DNA of 64,000 nucleotides, taken from a virus. The DNA is taken from IMG/VR virus record IMGVR_UViG_3300025276_000029, positions 7,553-71,552 of that record; one strand, given 5' to 3'. The notes under the pieces were generated by a model, which was given only the letters and a program-made list of their open reading frames with translations, had not been told where the DNA came from and did no database searches. Below are positions 27,487 to 37,600 of the stretch, in pieces. The translations under genes were made by a program, and so were the position numbers. Numbering within the stretch: the stretch's first letter is position 1; each line of letters starts with the position of its first letter.

Positions 27487-27520
27487 ATAAAAAATAGTTT
27501 TAATTATACCTTATCTGTAA

Positions 27521-28177
27521 TTAACTATTCCACAACTCATCCCTCATCATAACAGCTCTAACACAGCAATATGCGTCTGTCATGTCAAAATTCTCTACTT
27601 TTAATACATTGTTTTTGGTGTAAAGCCAAGTTATTTGTGGTTCCAGGTCGTATACCTTGTCAAATATAACTTGTTTTTTATCTATGTCAAATGGTAAACC
27701 ACCAAACAGGACTTCTTTAGCTTTACTTATAGCGTTTTCGCTAAACATCTTGCCTGCTCTAGTTCCTGTTCTTTTTGCCATTAATTCTGGAAAAGCGTAC
27801 TTTCTAGCGTCGTATGATGATATAAATTCTGGTATTACACCGAGGATATCATACACTGACCTGGATATCATTCCGTTAAATCTAAGAAGGGTTGCTACGG
27901 TATTAACGTTGTTAGAACGTAGGAGGGGTTCTTCAATAATAACCTTAGTTATACCAATATCTGCATAATTAGTTAAAAATTCTTCTTCGAAAATCCTAGC
28001 TTTTTCAAAAAGCTCTTGCATTTTGTTTGTTGGTTTCGGTTTGATTTTGGGCGTTACGTGATGTAGTAATTTTAAATTACCAGTATCACCCTCGTCTTCA
28101 AATAAAGCAATACCTATTGTCTTGGTTGATACGTCAAGACCTAACACAAAACTATTTTCACCATTTTCTAATTCCAT
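27521..28177 (-). CDS. RuvC-like Holliday junction resolvase
   Basis: VLGLDVSTKTIG, VIIEEP and DMTDAY acidic motifs. Confidence 0.8.
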   Translation of the reverse strand: MELENGENSFVLGLDVSTKTIGIALFEDEGDTGNLKLLHHVTPKIKPKPTNKMQELFEKARIFEEEFLTNYADIGITKVIIEEPLLRSNNVNTVATLLRFNGMISRSVYDILGVIPEFISSYDARKYAFPELMAKRTGTRAGKMFSENAISKAKEVLFGGLPFDIDKKQVIFDKVYDLEPQITWLYTKNNVLKVENFDMTDAYCCVRAVMMRDELWNS

Positions 28178-28226
28178 TATATACTATTTTAATTAAGTAT
28201 AATATATAATTTACTAATGTAAAGTA

Positions 28227-29429
28227 TTAATAGTCTATTGTTATATTAAAAGCTACAAAATCGTTAGCTGATTTTTCGTATGTCTTATTTAATTTTCCAA
28301 TTGCAATAAGTGTATCGCTGGCATCGAAAAGACCTACTTCAGTGATTCTAGGTGTGTCTCCTGCACTCCATGTCGTGTTATTGGATACTCCAAACTCACC
28401 CCTGTTTGCGACACATGTGATTGATTGAGATACTTTATTTCTAACAGTATCAAAGTTAATTGTTGTTCCAGTGGCTCCAGAATAATTAGAATTAAATGAG
28501 TTAACTATTGTTGGTTCTGTTATTACCATAAACCCTTTGTCTAAATAAGCAATACCTACTGGTTTGTCAGCAACCTTAGATACGTTTGCATTTGTTATAA
28601 CATTATATAATTCTTTACCATTAACGCTAAATGGTTTAGTTTGTGCGTACCCAGTTGCCCAACTCTTACTTGCATCATTATTTGGTTTTTGAATAGTATC
28701 TGAGAAAAGCATTGCTCTGTTGGGTCCAAATCTAGTTATGTTAAGTGATGTGTCAACCACTGAGGCATCTTGATTAGTTAGTACTGTACCTGTGTTTTCG
28801 TAAGTTCCGTATATCTCATATGTTGAAGCACTGGTTTCTATATTAATTTTAACACTTTTACCATCTATTAATTCAGAATATTCTTTAACATCAAGACCTA
28901 TTACAAGCATTTTTGTTTGAGCGATATTACTAAGTGCGGTATCTTTATAACCACCTTGAGTAATTGTGAGTCCAGTATATACGTTTATTTCTTGTGGTGT
29001 TATCGGTAATCCAAACGAATAATATAAATTTGTAAGTCTATCAGTTTGTGTATCAGCAAGTGATACTGCGTTTTGTGTAATTACCCCACCGCTAAAGTGT
29101 GATGTATCATACCCAAGGTGCTCGTATGATGTACTGACTGACATAGATGCTATGTCAACAGGTTTTTTATCAGTATTTGCGTTATAATTAAGAGTACTTC
29201 TAAGCATGTAATTACTACCACCATTACTAATGTCTTTACCATTATAATTTCCAGATACAGCTGGAACTTCACCACCAGTAAGTCCTGATAATGTAGCGTA
29301 ATATGCGTCTGAATCACCAAGACTAAATGTCTTAATTAAACTATTTGTACTAGTAATTAGTCTTGTTCTTCCTTGCGGCGTTAATTTCGCAATTAGTTCA
29401 TAATTTGTTGTATTATCTAAAAATCCCAT
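28227..29429 (-). CDS. Virion structural protein (baseplate/tail)
   Basis: AKLT..GR...FSLGDSD N-terminus; C-terminal ITEVGLFD..LIAIGKL; paralogous to 29445..31601. Confidence 0.7.
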   Translation of the reverse strand: MGFLDNTTNYELIAKLTPQGRTRLITSTNSLIKTFSLGDSDAYYATLSGLTGGEVPAVSGNYNGKDISNGGSNYMLRSTLNYNANTDKKPVDIASMSVSTSYEHLGYDTSHFSGGVITQNAVSLADTQTDRLTNLYYSFGLPITPQEINVYTGLTITQGGYKDTALSNIAQTKMLVIGLDVKEYSELIDGKSVKINIETSASTYEIYGTYENTGTVLTNQDASVVDTSLNITRFGPNRAMLFSDTIQKPNNDASKSWATGYAQTKPFSVNGKELYNVITNANVSKVADKPVGIAYLDKGFMVITEPTIVNSFNSNYSGATGTTINFDTVRNKVSQSITCVANRGEFGVSNNTTWSAGDTPRITEVGLFDASDTLIAIGKLNKTYEKSANDFVAFNITIDY

Positions 29430-29444
29430 CTATATATTTGTTTT

Positions 29445-31601
29445 TTAAAAGTCAATTGCTAATTCAAGCATTACAGTATTACCTGAGCTCAATTTAACTG
29501 GCTTACTTAATTTACCAATCATCACTAATGAATTATTATCATCATAAATACCAACTTCAGTTACTCTAATATCTGGAGGGTTGACTAGACTGTTAGGTCT
29601 ACTTGGGTTCGCTGTAGTTTTGAAGTCATCTGCTGATAAGTTAATATTAAATACCGTTTTAAATATTGTAGCACCAATATAAGTTTCTAAGTTACCGTAG
29701 AAAAATCTCTCATCCCCAAACTGAAGTTTTTCAGGTAGGGAATTTGTTGCCATTTCTAATGAATCTATAACACTAAAAGTAGTTGAACTTCCTGATACTG
29801 TTGAGTCTATTAAGAATCCATTTGTTGTTGGGTTTTGAATCTCTAACAACTTAGGGTCTATTGTCTTATTAGCCACTGTTGTTATAGCAGTACTAGTAAA
29901 GTCGTGAACTTTCCAAGCGTCTGATAATGGTCTGTCGTTTGATTTTTCTACTATTTGGTACAATACCTTAAACTCCTTGGCTGAGAACCCCATTCCGTCG
30001 TAACCAGCTTTTTCTTCTTTTCTCATGTAGGGTAATAAGTCAATACTTTCAATATTGAATTCAATATCCTTAGAAGTTGACGTATTGTTTTCTATTTTTG
30101 TATAATACTGAGCAGGTAATGTGGTTGTTAGACCAAGACCACTAGCATTTTCAAAACTATATGTTATATACATTGTTTTGTTTGTTGCTAATACACCATT
30201 TGCTGCTCCACTAGCTGGAGCCACAAGCTTCGCTTTAAGCGCTGGGAGTGTCCAGTTTCTATTAGACTTATAAGATGTTGCAGCGATAATTTCATCGTCT
30301 TCAAATATTACAGTTTTTAATTGTGGGAATACTCTACCTACAACTTTTTCAGTACCACTAACTAATGAAGGGTCTTCAATTAAGTCTACGTATTCTAAGT
30401 CAGAAGTGCCTACGAATTTTGTAGTACCTGTTGCTATGAATGTCATTCCCATAGTTGTACCGCTCTCTGTACTATAATTTCTTCTATGGTACATTAGGTC
30501 TGGTAATTGTAATTTAAGTATCTTGTTGTTAGCTCCGTCAATAAAAAAGAACTCACCATAGTAATTAGATATCGTATTATTTGTATAGTGTAGTATTGAT
30601 ATTGATTTCTTAGCGTCATCTATTACAGACTCACCTGGATTAGCACAAATATCATTTCCTATTAAATCACCAACACAATCAACTTCGAAGAATGGATATT
30701 TTTGACCTAAGTAATCATTAGAACCGAACTTTTCAAAACTCTCGTTAGGTGTGGCTGTTATATTAGTAATACCTGTACCAGTCATACCTGCAAGGTTTTC
30801 GCACCAAACAGCGTTTTGATTCCAAATAGGAACATCACCGCATGATACGTCGCAACATCCAGCAAAGTCTAGTGTATTACTGTTCCAATATGGTGTTGTT
30901 GTTTCAAATCCAAATGCACTATATACTTCCCCACCTGGATAGATAAGTATTTGAGATGTAGCTGATGAAGCACCATTACTTGGTAGTTCTCTATCAAGAA
31001 TAGCAGATTTAGATACACCTACACCTGTGGTTTGTTGTATTTTATACCATAGGTTTGGTACTGGTGTTTTGTTTTGATTTAACGCAAGACTACCGACTGT
31101 GTCGTTACCTACCTTAAGTAGTACGTAGTCGCCAACATTAAATGTGGCTCCAGTACCAATTAAAAGTGTTTTACCACCAGTAAGTGATACAACTGTACTA
31201 GTCCCTTGACTGTAAGTGCTTGAAGTGTATGTAATGTGTGTTGTCCCGTCACCACTAAAAAACCCTCTATCTGTTGCTTCATTGTTAACAATCGCCTTAA
31301 TAGTGCTAATTTGACCTGGATTTAATAAATTCAAGTTATTATTATTATTACTATTTGATGTAATATACGACTTAATATCTGGTTGTCTGTCAACAGGTCT
31401 TAAGACCCTGCTACTGCCAGAAAGTGAAACATCTATAGCGGACGTACTTAAATCATGTATCGCTTCTCTGTTGTAGTTGATTTCAGAATCACCTATTCCA
31501 AAGGATGTGAAGTTTAATTGTCCTTGTGCTAACTTTTGTCTACCAGTTTCAGTTAACTTTATATTAACGAAGGCGCTTGTGTTGTTAATTATGTAGCTCA
31601 T
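29445..31601 (-). CDS. Virion structural protein (baseplate/tail)
   Basis: KLTETGRQKLA..FGIGDSE; C-terminal VTEVGIYD..LVMIGKL; ATATTTATA motif upstream. Confidence 0.7.
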   Translation of the reverse strand: MSYIINNTSAFVNIKLTETGRQKLAQGQLNFTSFGIGDSEINYNREAIHDLSTSAIDVSLSGSSRVLRPVDRQPDIKSYITSNSNNNNNLNLLNPGQISTIKAIVNNEATDRGFFSGDGTTHITYTSSTYSQGTSTVVSLTGGKTLLIGTGATFNVGDYVLLKVGNDTVGSLALNQNKTPVPNLWYKIQQTTGVGVSKSAILDRELPSNGASSATSQILIYPGGEVYSAFGFETTTPYWNSNTLDFAGCCDVSCGDVPIWNQNAVWCENLAGMTGTGITNITATPNESFEKFGSNDYLGQKYPFFEVDCVGDLIGNDICANPGESVIDDAKKSISILHYTNNTISNYYGEFFFIDGANNKILKLQLPDLMYHRRNYSTESGTTMGMTFIATGTTKFVGTSDLEYVDLIEDPSLVSGTEKVVGRVFPQLKTVIFEDDEIIAATSYKSNRNWTLPALKAKLVAPASGAANGVLATNKTMYITYSFENASGLGLTTTLPAQYYTKIENNTSTSKDIEFNIESIDLLPYMRKEEKAGYDGMGFSAKEFKVLYQIVEKSNDRPLSDAWKVHDFTSTAITTVANKTIDPKLLEIQNPTTNGFLIDSTVSGSSTTFSVIDSLEMATNSLPEKLQFGDERFFYGNLETYIGATIFKTVFNINLSADDFKTTANPSRPNSLVNPPDIRVTEVGIYDDNNSLVMIGKLSKPVKLSSGNTVMLELAIDF

Positions 31602-31656
31602 ATCTTATAAATATACTTTATTCTTATTTTAATAATAAATACTAAAAAATAAATGT

Positions 31657-34347
31657 TTAGTAGGCATTATTTTTGTTTGTTTGTAATGTTATCTCTGAAA
31701 TTTCACTATATGCTGACGTTTTAACTACTTCATTACATAATGTTGTGAAATTCTTATCATTTTTAACTCTGTAGTATTGTTTGTCTCCAAGATTACCTAC
31801 TAAGTTTGCTACAGCGTTGTAGCTGGTTTGACTAACGGTATATAGTGTGGTAGCTGAAGATACAATATTAGTAAAGTCTTTATTACTCGATACTTCAAGG
31901 GTAAAAATACCGTTAACTTCGCTAGGTGGGTTGTCTATAAACCAAGCAGCTTTTATTGATGTTCCGAATTGATTACCTAATACATTTGTATTTGTATTGT
32001 AATATACATTTGCTATGTCGTTAGGGATTAAATAACCCTCTAATATAATCCTTTTAGGATTACTTACTGACTGATAGTAGTCTATATTTATAGCTAGTGA
32101 AGTACCGTTAAGAGTTACACCTATATCATTATTTGTTATTGGATTCATGCTGGTAAATAATTCATACTTACCAGTGTCGGAATTAAAGTAAACTGTATTA
32201 TCACCTTGAGCGTTAGTAGCACCACTAACTATTGGTTCATTTATATCAAAAGTATCAGACTTAATATTATTACCTAGTTGACTACTAGTGAACGCATACG
32301 TTAATATGTCACCATTAACCGTTGCCCCAGATAGTGATACACTATTAGTAATAAAACTACCACTATTAACAACGTTCATAGAGTAGTCAAAGTCTCGTGC
32401 TAATGTGATACCGTTTAATGATATTATAAAATCACCTGAACTAAATGGTAATAAAAACTCTGATTTAGTACCATCTAATATTTGACTGGAAACCGTTAGA
32501 GAACCTATAGGATTCTCACCGTCGTTATTATCGCTTGATGTTAATTGAGGGATATCTGCATCGTTGAATGCTATGAAGTAGAAGTCTCTAGTTGGTTGGT
32601 ATAATCCAAACGACTCGCCACTAGTGTTTGATATTGTTGAATATTTATAATTTAGTTTATTAGCAAATTCAGTACAGATATCATGTATATAATGACCCTT
32701 AACTAAGTATTCGCCATCTGGATTTATAGTATTTGCTGTTACTGAGGTTGTAAACGCACTTGTTCCACTAATACTAGACCATTCGTAATAGTCTGAAGTA
32801 AATACAGGTCTGTTATTAAAATAACCTAATTCTGGTATAAATTTATAAATATCATATTTAAATAAAGCGTTTGTTGTTTCAAATGATTCCGTATTTGCTG
32901 TAAAGTCAAATGTCAAATCAAATGCTTCAGTTTCACCCGTTAACACGTATACATTGCTATCATTAAGCGTTATACCGCTGAAGTCTAAATCACATACCGT
33001 TTGTTTTGTTTCGCAAGCTCCAGTAAATACACACGCTATGTCTGCGTTTTCAATCTTAATACATTCCGTTAGACCACCCCCACATGTATTTAAAGAATAT
33101 CCAGTAGGGCAGTAATATCCAGCACTAGACCCACTTTCACCTAAATTCCAATAACCACCTGCAAAGTCAGTTGTTGTAAATATTGTAACAGCTGATAATT
33201 GAGCTTCTGTAGTGTATCCAGATAAAACCTCTGATGTTGCATTGTAAATCTCAGCCCCAAATGCTCCATCTGTATAAATGTCATTCATGGCTTCCATTTC
33301 AACTATGTGTTTACCAGAGGTTAGTGTTATTGGTACCACATGCCAGTATTTAAAACAAAACGTGCTACTAGTGTTTAAATTAAATATTAATTCACCATCT
33401 ATTGTGAGTCGGCATTGATTGTCCGCAGCTATACCTATGTTGTATACACCAGACGAAGGTATATCTACACACTTACTAAATCCATACCATTTACCATCGT
33501 CTGGCATATTTAAACCTGCGTTGTTTAATCTACCCTTGTTTGCGTTATTATCACCCCATAAATTACTAATTACACTTTCATATGTAAGTGTAATATTAGA
33601 GTTATCTTTTAAGGAATCACCACTACCCTTGACTAAGGGTTTTGGTCTTGTTGTTGCGTCTTCGTAGAATCTAGACCCATAAAATGCATATTCTGGCAGC
33701 TTGTTGGGGTTGGGGAGTAGCCCTATTGTTGGACCAAGACCGTTAAAAGTTGAGGCTGTTATTGTGAATTTTTGACAGTCATCTAACGCTGTGGTAGCTG
33801 TGTATCCAGCTGGACAACTACATGATGTAGAGCCAGTGGTGTTGCCAGTTACAGGACAGTTTGCGTCATAATCTAACTTAGTAGTTAATTCTAGTTTTAT
33901 ATTTTTAAACCTAACTTCTTTATCTATTGTAAATTCTGTACCACTAAACGAATAGTCGTAATTAAGCGTGTTGAATGCGGTCACTACGGAGCCACTAAAG
34001 GTAGTTATATCAATAACTGACCCAGTAAGGCTAGTTGAGCTATATATCTCGTTAGAGTACTTTAAAACGTCATCCTCGTACACGTTGGTTACCCAATCAA
34101 TACTATTGAAACATGAACCTGATAGTGCGCTTGTTTCAAAACATTCAGTAGTCCCTGTAAATAAGTCATTATATGGTACTCCGCTAATGCTACAAGTTAT
34201 TTCAGGACAATTAATACTACTTGCACCACTCATTGTAAATGATGGTCTGTTAAATACGCATATATCTGAACTTGTCTTTACTACTGGACCTACAAAGTTT
34301 CTATCGCATTTTCCATTTTGACTATATATTTTTTCTTGGTAGCTCAT
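31657..34347 (-). CDS. Tail/baseplate-associated protein with CPxGY-flanked PA14-like module
   Basis: GIAADN..RLTIDGE..LTSGKH.VEME pattern; Cys-rich; S/T-G-x-T motifs. Confidence 0.65.
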   Translation of the reverse strand: MSYQEKIYSQNGKCDRNFVGPVVKTSSDICVFNRPSFTMSGASSINCPEITCSISGVPYNDLFTGTTECFETSALSGSCFNSIDWVTNVYEDDVLKYSNEIYSSTSLTGSVIDITTFSGSVVTAFNTLNYDYSFSGTEFTIDKEVRFKNIKLELTTKLDYDANCPVTGNTTGSTSCSCPAGYTATTALDDCQKFTITASTFNGLGPTIGLLPNPNKLPEYAFYGSRFYEDATTRPKPLVKGSGDSLKDNSNITLTYESVISNLWGDNNANKGRLNNAGLNMPDDGKWYGFSKCVDIPSSGVYNIGIAADNQCRLTIDGELIFNLNTSSTFCFKYWHVVPITLTSGKHIVEMEAMNDIYTDGAFGAEIYNATSEVLSGYTTEAQLSAVTIFTTTDFAGGYWNLGESGSSAGYYCPTGYSLNTCGGGLTECIKIENADIACVFTGACETKQTVCDLDFSGITLNDSNVYVLTGETEAFDLTFDFTANTESFETTNALFKYDIYKFIPELGYFNNRPVFTSDYYEWSSISGTSAFTTSVTANTINPDGEYLVKGHYIHDICTEFANKLNYKYSTISNTSGESFGLYQPTRDFYFIAFNDADIPQLTSSDNNDGENPIGSLTVSSQILDGTKSEFLLPFSSGDFIISLNGITLARDFDYSMNVVNSGSFITNSVSLSGATVNGDILTYAFTSSQLGNNIKSDTFDINEPIVSGATNAQGDNTVYFNSDTGKYELFTSMNPITNNDIGVTLNGTSLAINIDYYQSVSNPKRIILEGYLIPNDIANVYYNTNTNVLGNQFGTSIKAAWFIDNPPSEVNGIFTLEVSSNKDFTNIVSSATTLYTVSQTSYNAVANLVGNLGDKQYYRVKNDKNFTTLCNEVVKTSAYSEISEITLQTNKNNAY

Positions 34348-34589
34348 TAATACGAAATTTGTAATTCAATAAATTCTCTATTATTGTTTATATTTAAACC
34401 TATATCTCTATTCTTACCTAAGTCGGTCATTTCGGTTACCTTCTTGTAGTTTTGTATAAAGACCTCTAGGTGCCCTATTTTGAACCAATCTTTATAACCA
34501 AATGAGGTTTCAACAAACCTTATGGCTTCAACATTACTATTTATGTTGTCCGATACTTTTCCTACTATATTTTTTATTAATACTGGCAT
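34347..34589 (-). CDS. Hypothetical protein
   Basis: 80-aa ORF coupled by TAATG to the next gene; TATTTATA upstream. Confidence 0.65.
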   Translation of the reverse strand: MPVLIKNIVGKVSDNINSNVEAIRFVETSFGYKDWFKIGHLEVFIQNYKKVTEMTDLGKNRDIGLNINNNREFIELQISY

Positions 34590-34605
34590 ATATATATAAA
34601 TAGTG

Positions 34606-37600
34606 TTAACTTGGTATTATTGTACCGTTAATATCAATTGTTGTAACTTCACCTAAGAAGTCACTTTCACAACCAGTATCCTTTATCCAAACCCCATTAC
34701 ATTTAGTTATTGATGGTTGTAGTGTAATTAACCCACCTGTAGTCCCAGTTGTAGGTATAGAACTCGGTAACACTTGACTGATTACACTAACCGTAGAGTT
34801 ACTTGCTAAGGGTAATATTGTAGGTGGAGGTGTTACAACTGTTGGTGTTGACGTTGTTGTTATTAATGATACCGTATTGATAGGTTTCCATATTAGTGGT
34901 GTTACTCCGTCAAGTTCTGTACGTGAATTTGTCCCGTTATCAAAATCAAAACTAACTGGACCTTGGTACGATGACGTAGTGTTTAGGGTTATTGTATCTA
35001 TTTGATTTACTTTAGTAATATCTTTTACTATAGTTTCATAAGCTAAATACTCTATATCAAAATATATTTCTAAATGTACATTTCCAGAAATCCCTTGCCT
35101 ACCAATAACTAAAGGATTAACAATTAATTTTACTCCATTCCTACTGAAGAAATCATTTTCAATGTCTGTTGCAAAATTAGATAGACTATAAGTTGTTGAG
35201 TCTGATTGACCCATAGTTACGGTAGTTCCGTCGTAATACTTTAACTCTCTCTTTCCTCCCTTAATAGTTGTAGTTGCGTCCCCTAAATATATATTATCAT
35301 TATCGATAACTACGTTAACCTTAGAGGGGTCCGAAGCATAGGGTCCAGAGTTGACTAATTCAGTATTATCACCACGAAACATAAAAAGATAATAACCAGT
35401 ATCTGACGGATTAGAGTTAGTACCATTTGCAGACCATAAATCTACGTATATACCGTCGGGTATGTTTTGAAGCACACTTCTAGCCTTTACTATACCTGTT
35501 GTCACTGTTGATGTTATTGTTGTTGGTAATGATGTTGTTCCGCTAGTTGGTATATTACATAGGTATAAATTACCACGTTTATAATTAAATTTCTGTTGGT
35601 CAAATACTGTATTTTTGTAAGCGTATGTTGAACCCCATATTGTCGTAGCTGGTACAACTTGTTCTATTAAGTCAATCCAATAATTACCAACGGTCTTTCC
35701 GAAGGTGTCCATGTCGGAATAATCATACTTAGAACTATTAATTCCACAAAATTCTAATGAACGAGTGTTATATCTGTCGTAAAGCATTCTTAATGTTGCA
35801 TAGCTACTAATTGTTTGTCTGTTTTTAACATCAATTAATTCACTACTTAATGTACTGGCAAATTCATTAACTGTATCTATTTGACTAAGTTCAGTTGTTA
35901 GTACGTCGTCTAGGTCAATACAGCCATTATCACCACATTTACTATAAACACACTTGCTAGTGTTTTTATCCCAAGTCGCATTTGGATATGCGTTAATACC
36001 CTGGTTAAACATATCAGCGTATATTTCAAATGCATCATCAATTACCTTACAACATGTCTCATTTACTTGACTTGACACATTTTCTTGTGTGTTTGTTGTT
36101 CCACTAATCCATTTTGATACATAAACCCCGATAGTTCCATTGTTTTCTTCTGTAATCCAAAACCCATCAAACGATGTTGTTGTACCTGAACCTATAGCGT
36201 AGGCTGTTCCACCGTTTGCCACATTAATAGGTTTTAATGTTGTAGTAGTTCCGTAATTATTTACTAGTGTGGTTATATCATTACATACAAAATTTGTTGT
36301 AGTTGTAGTCGTTGTAGCACTTGTTGCGCAACCTGATGCAGGAGTCACGGTTGATATCGAAGGTGATAGAGGTAGTTCAATTGTCTTATTTTCGTAACCT
36401 TTAACAATTAACGGAAATCCGTCACAAGGACAGTATTCGTCTGATTGTTCATCTTCTCTTGTGATTCTATCAATCTTAGTACATACTGTAGAGCCTGATA
36501 CACAGGTATCTAATGAATAACCTACTGGACATGAATAAGCGCTAAATTCACCTAAATCAAAAGTAGTACCTATTCTATCAATAGTACTAAATATCCTAAC
36601 TGAATTAAGTTCACTTTCAAATCTAATATTTTTTAGTTGTGCTTCACTAGCGTCATATATTTCACAAACAAATCCAGCAATACCACTAGTATTGTTGTAA
36701 CCTTCTATTTCTATAATGTTTTTACCAGCAGATAACTTAATACCCATGACCACGTAACTTTGAATACTTCTTGAGTAAGAAATACTAAAGTTATTATGTA
36801 TTCCAGCGTAATGTGATGGCGCTGTAACTGGGTTTATTAAGTACTCACCGTTTATTTTTATTTTTGTTTCGTCATCAGCAGCAAACCCTAACCTATATGT
36901 CTTTGTTTCTGTTAGTTCAAGACAGTATGATAAACCAATCCATTCTTGAACTGGAAGTGTTCCTGGATTAGACCAAACTGATGCGTTTAGTAATCTACCA
37001 GCATTGTTAGTACTTGTTAAGTTGTTATACGTTGAGGCTGATACTGAACCGTTTGTACCACCCCAAAGTATATTGGGGTTAAACATACTAGAGATTACGT
37101 CTGAATTATTTTTACCAAATTTACTTTTAATACCACTAAAGGCGTCTGGTGAAGAATATTGTAATGTTCCATCTGAAAACTTATTAATTCCGAAACCACT
37201 ATGTGTTAAATAATTTCCAGAAGAATCTATTAAATAATCTACGTTGTAGTAAGGTCCAACCCAGCTATCTTTAGTTGTCCCTGTCCAGTATATCGGCCAT
37301 TGGTTGTCTGTTACGTCTTCAACGAAGATAGTACCTCTAGATAAATAATGTACTGAGTTAGTTAAACCTACACCAGGACCTACTGTATAGGTTGTAGCAC
37401 TGCTTGTGGTTGCCGTTACCGTTAGTTCTGTACAACTGTCTCCATCAACATCTAATGTATATCCAGAAGGGCAGCTAAATGAGTTGTATGTTTCTCCGCT
37501 AGAAATGCAACCTTCAAGGATGCAGTTGTTATCAGATACGTAGCACCAAACATCTTGTTCAACTGCTCTAGAAGGACTTAAATTTAAATCTACTTCCTTA

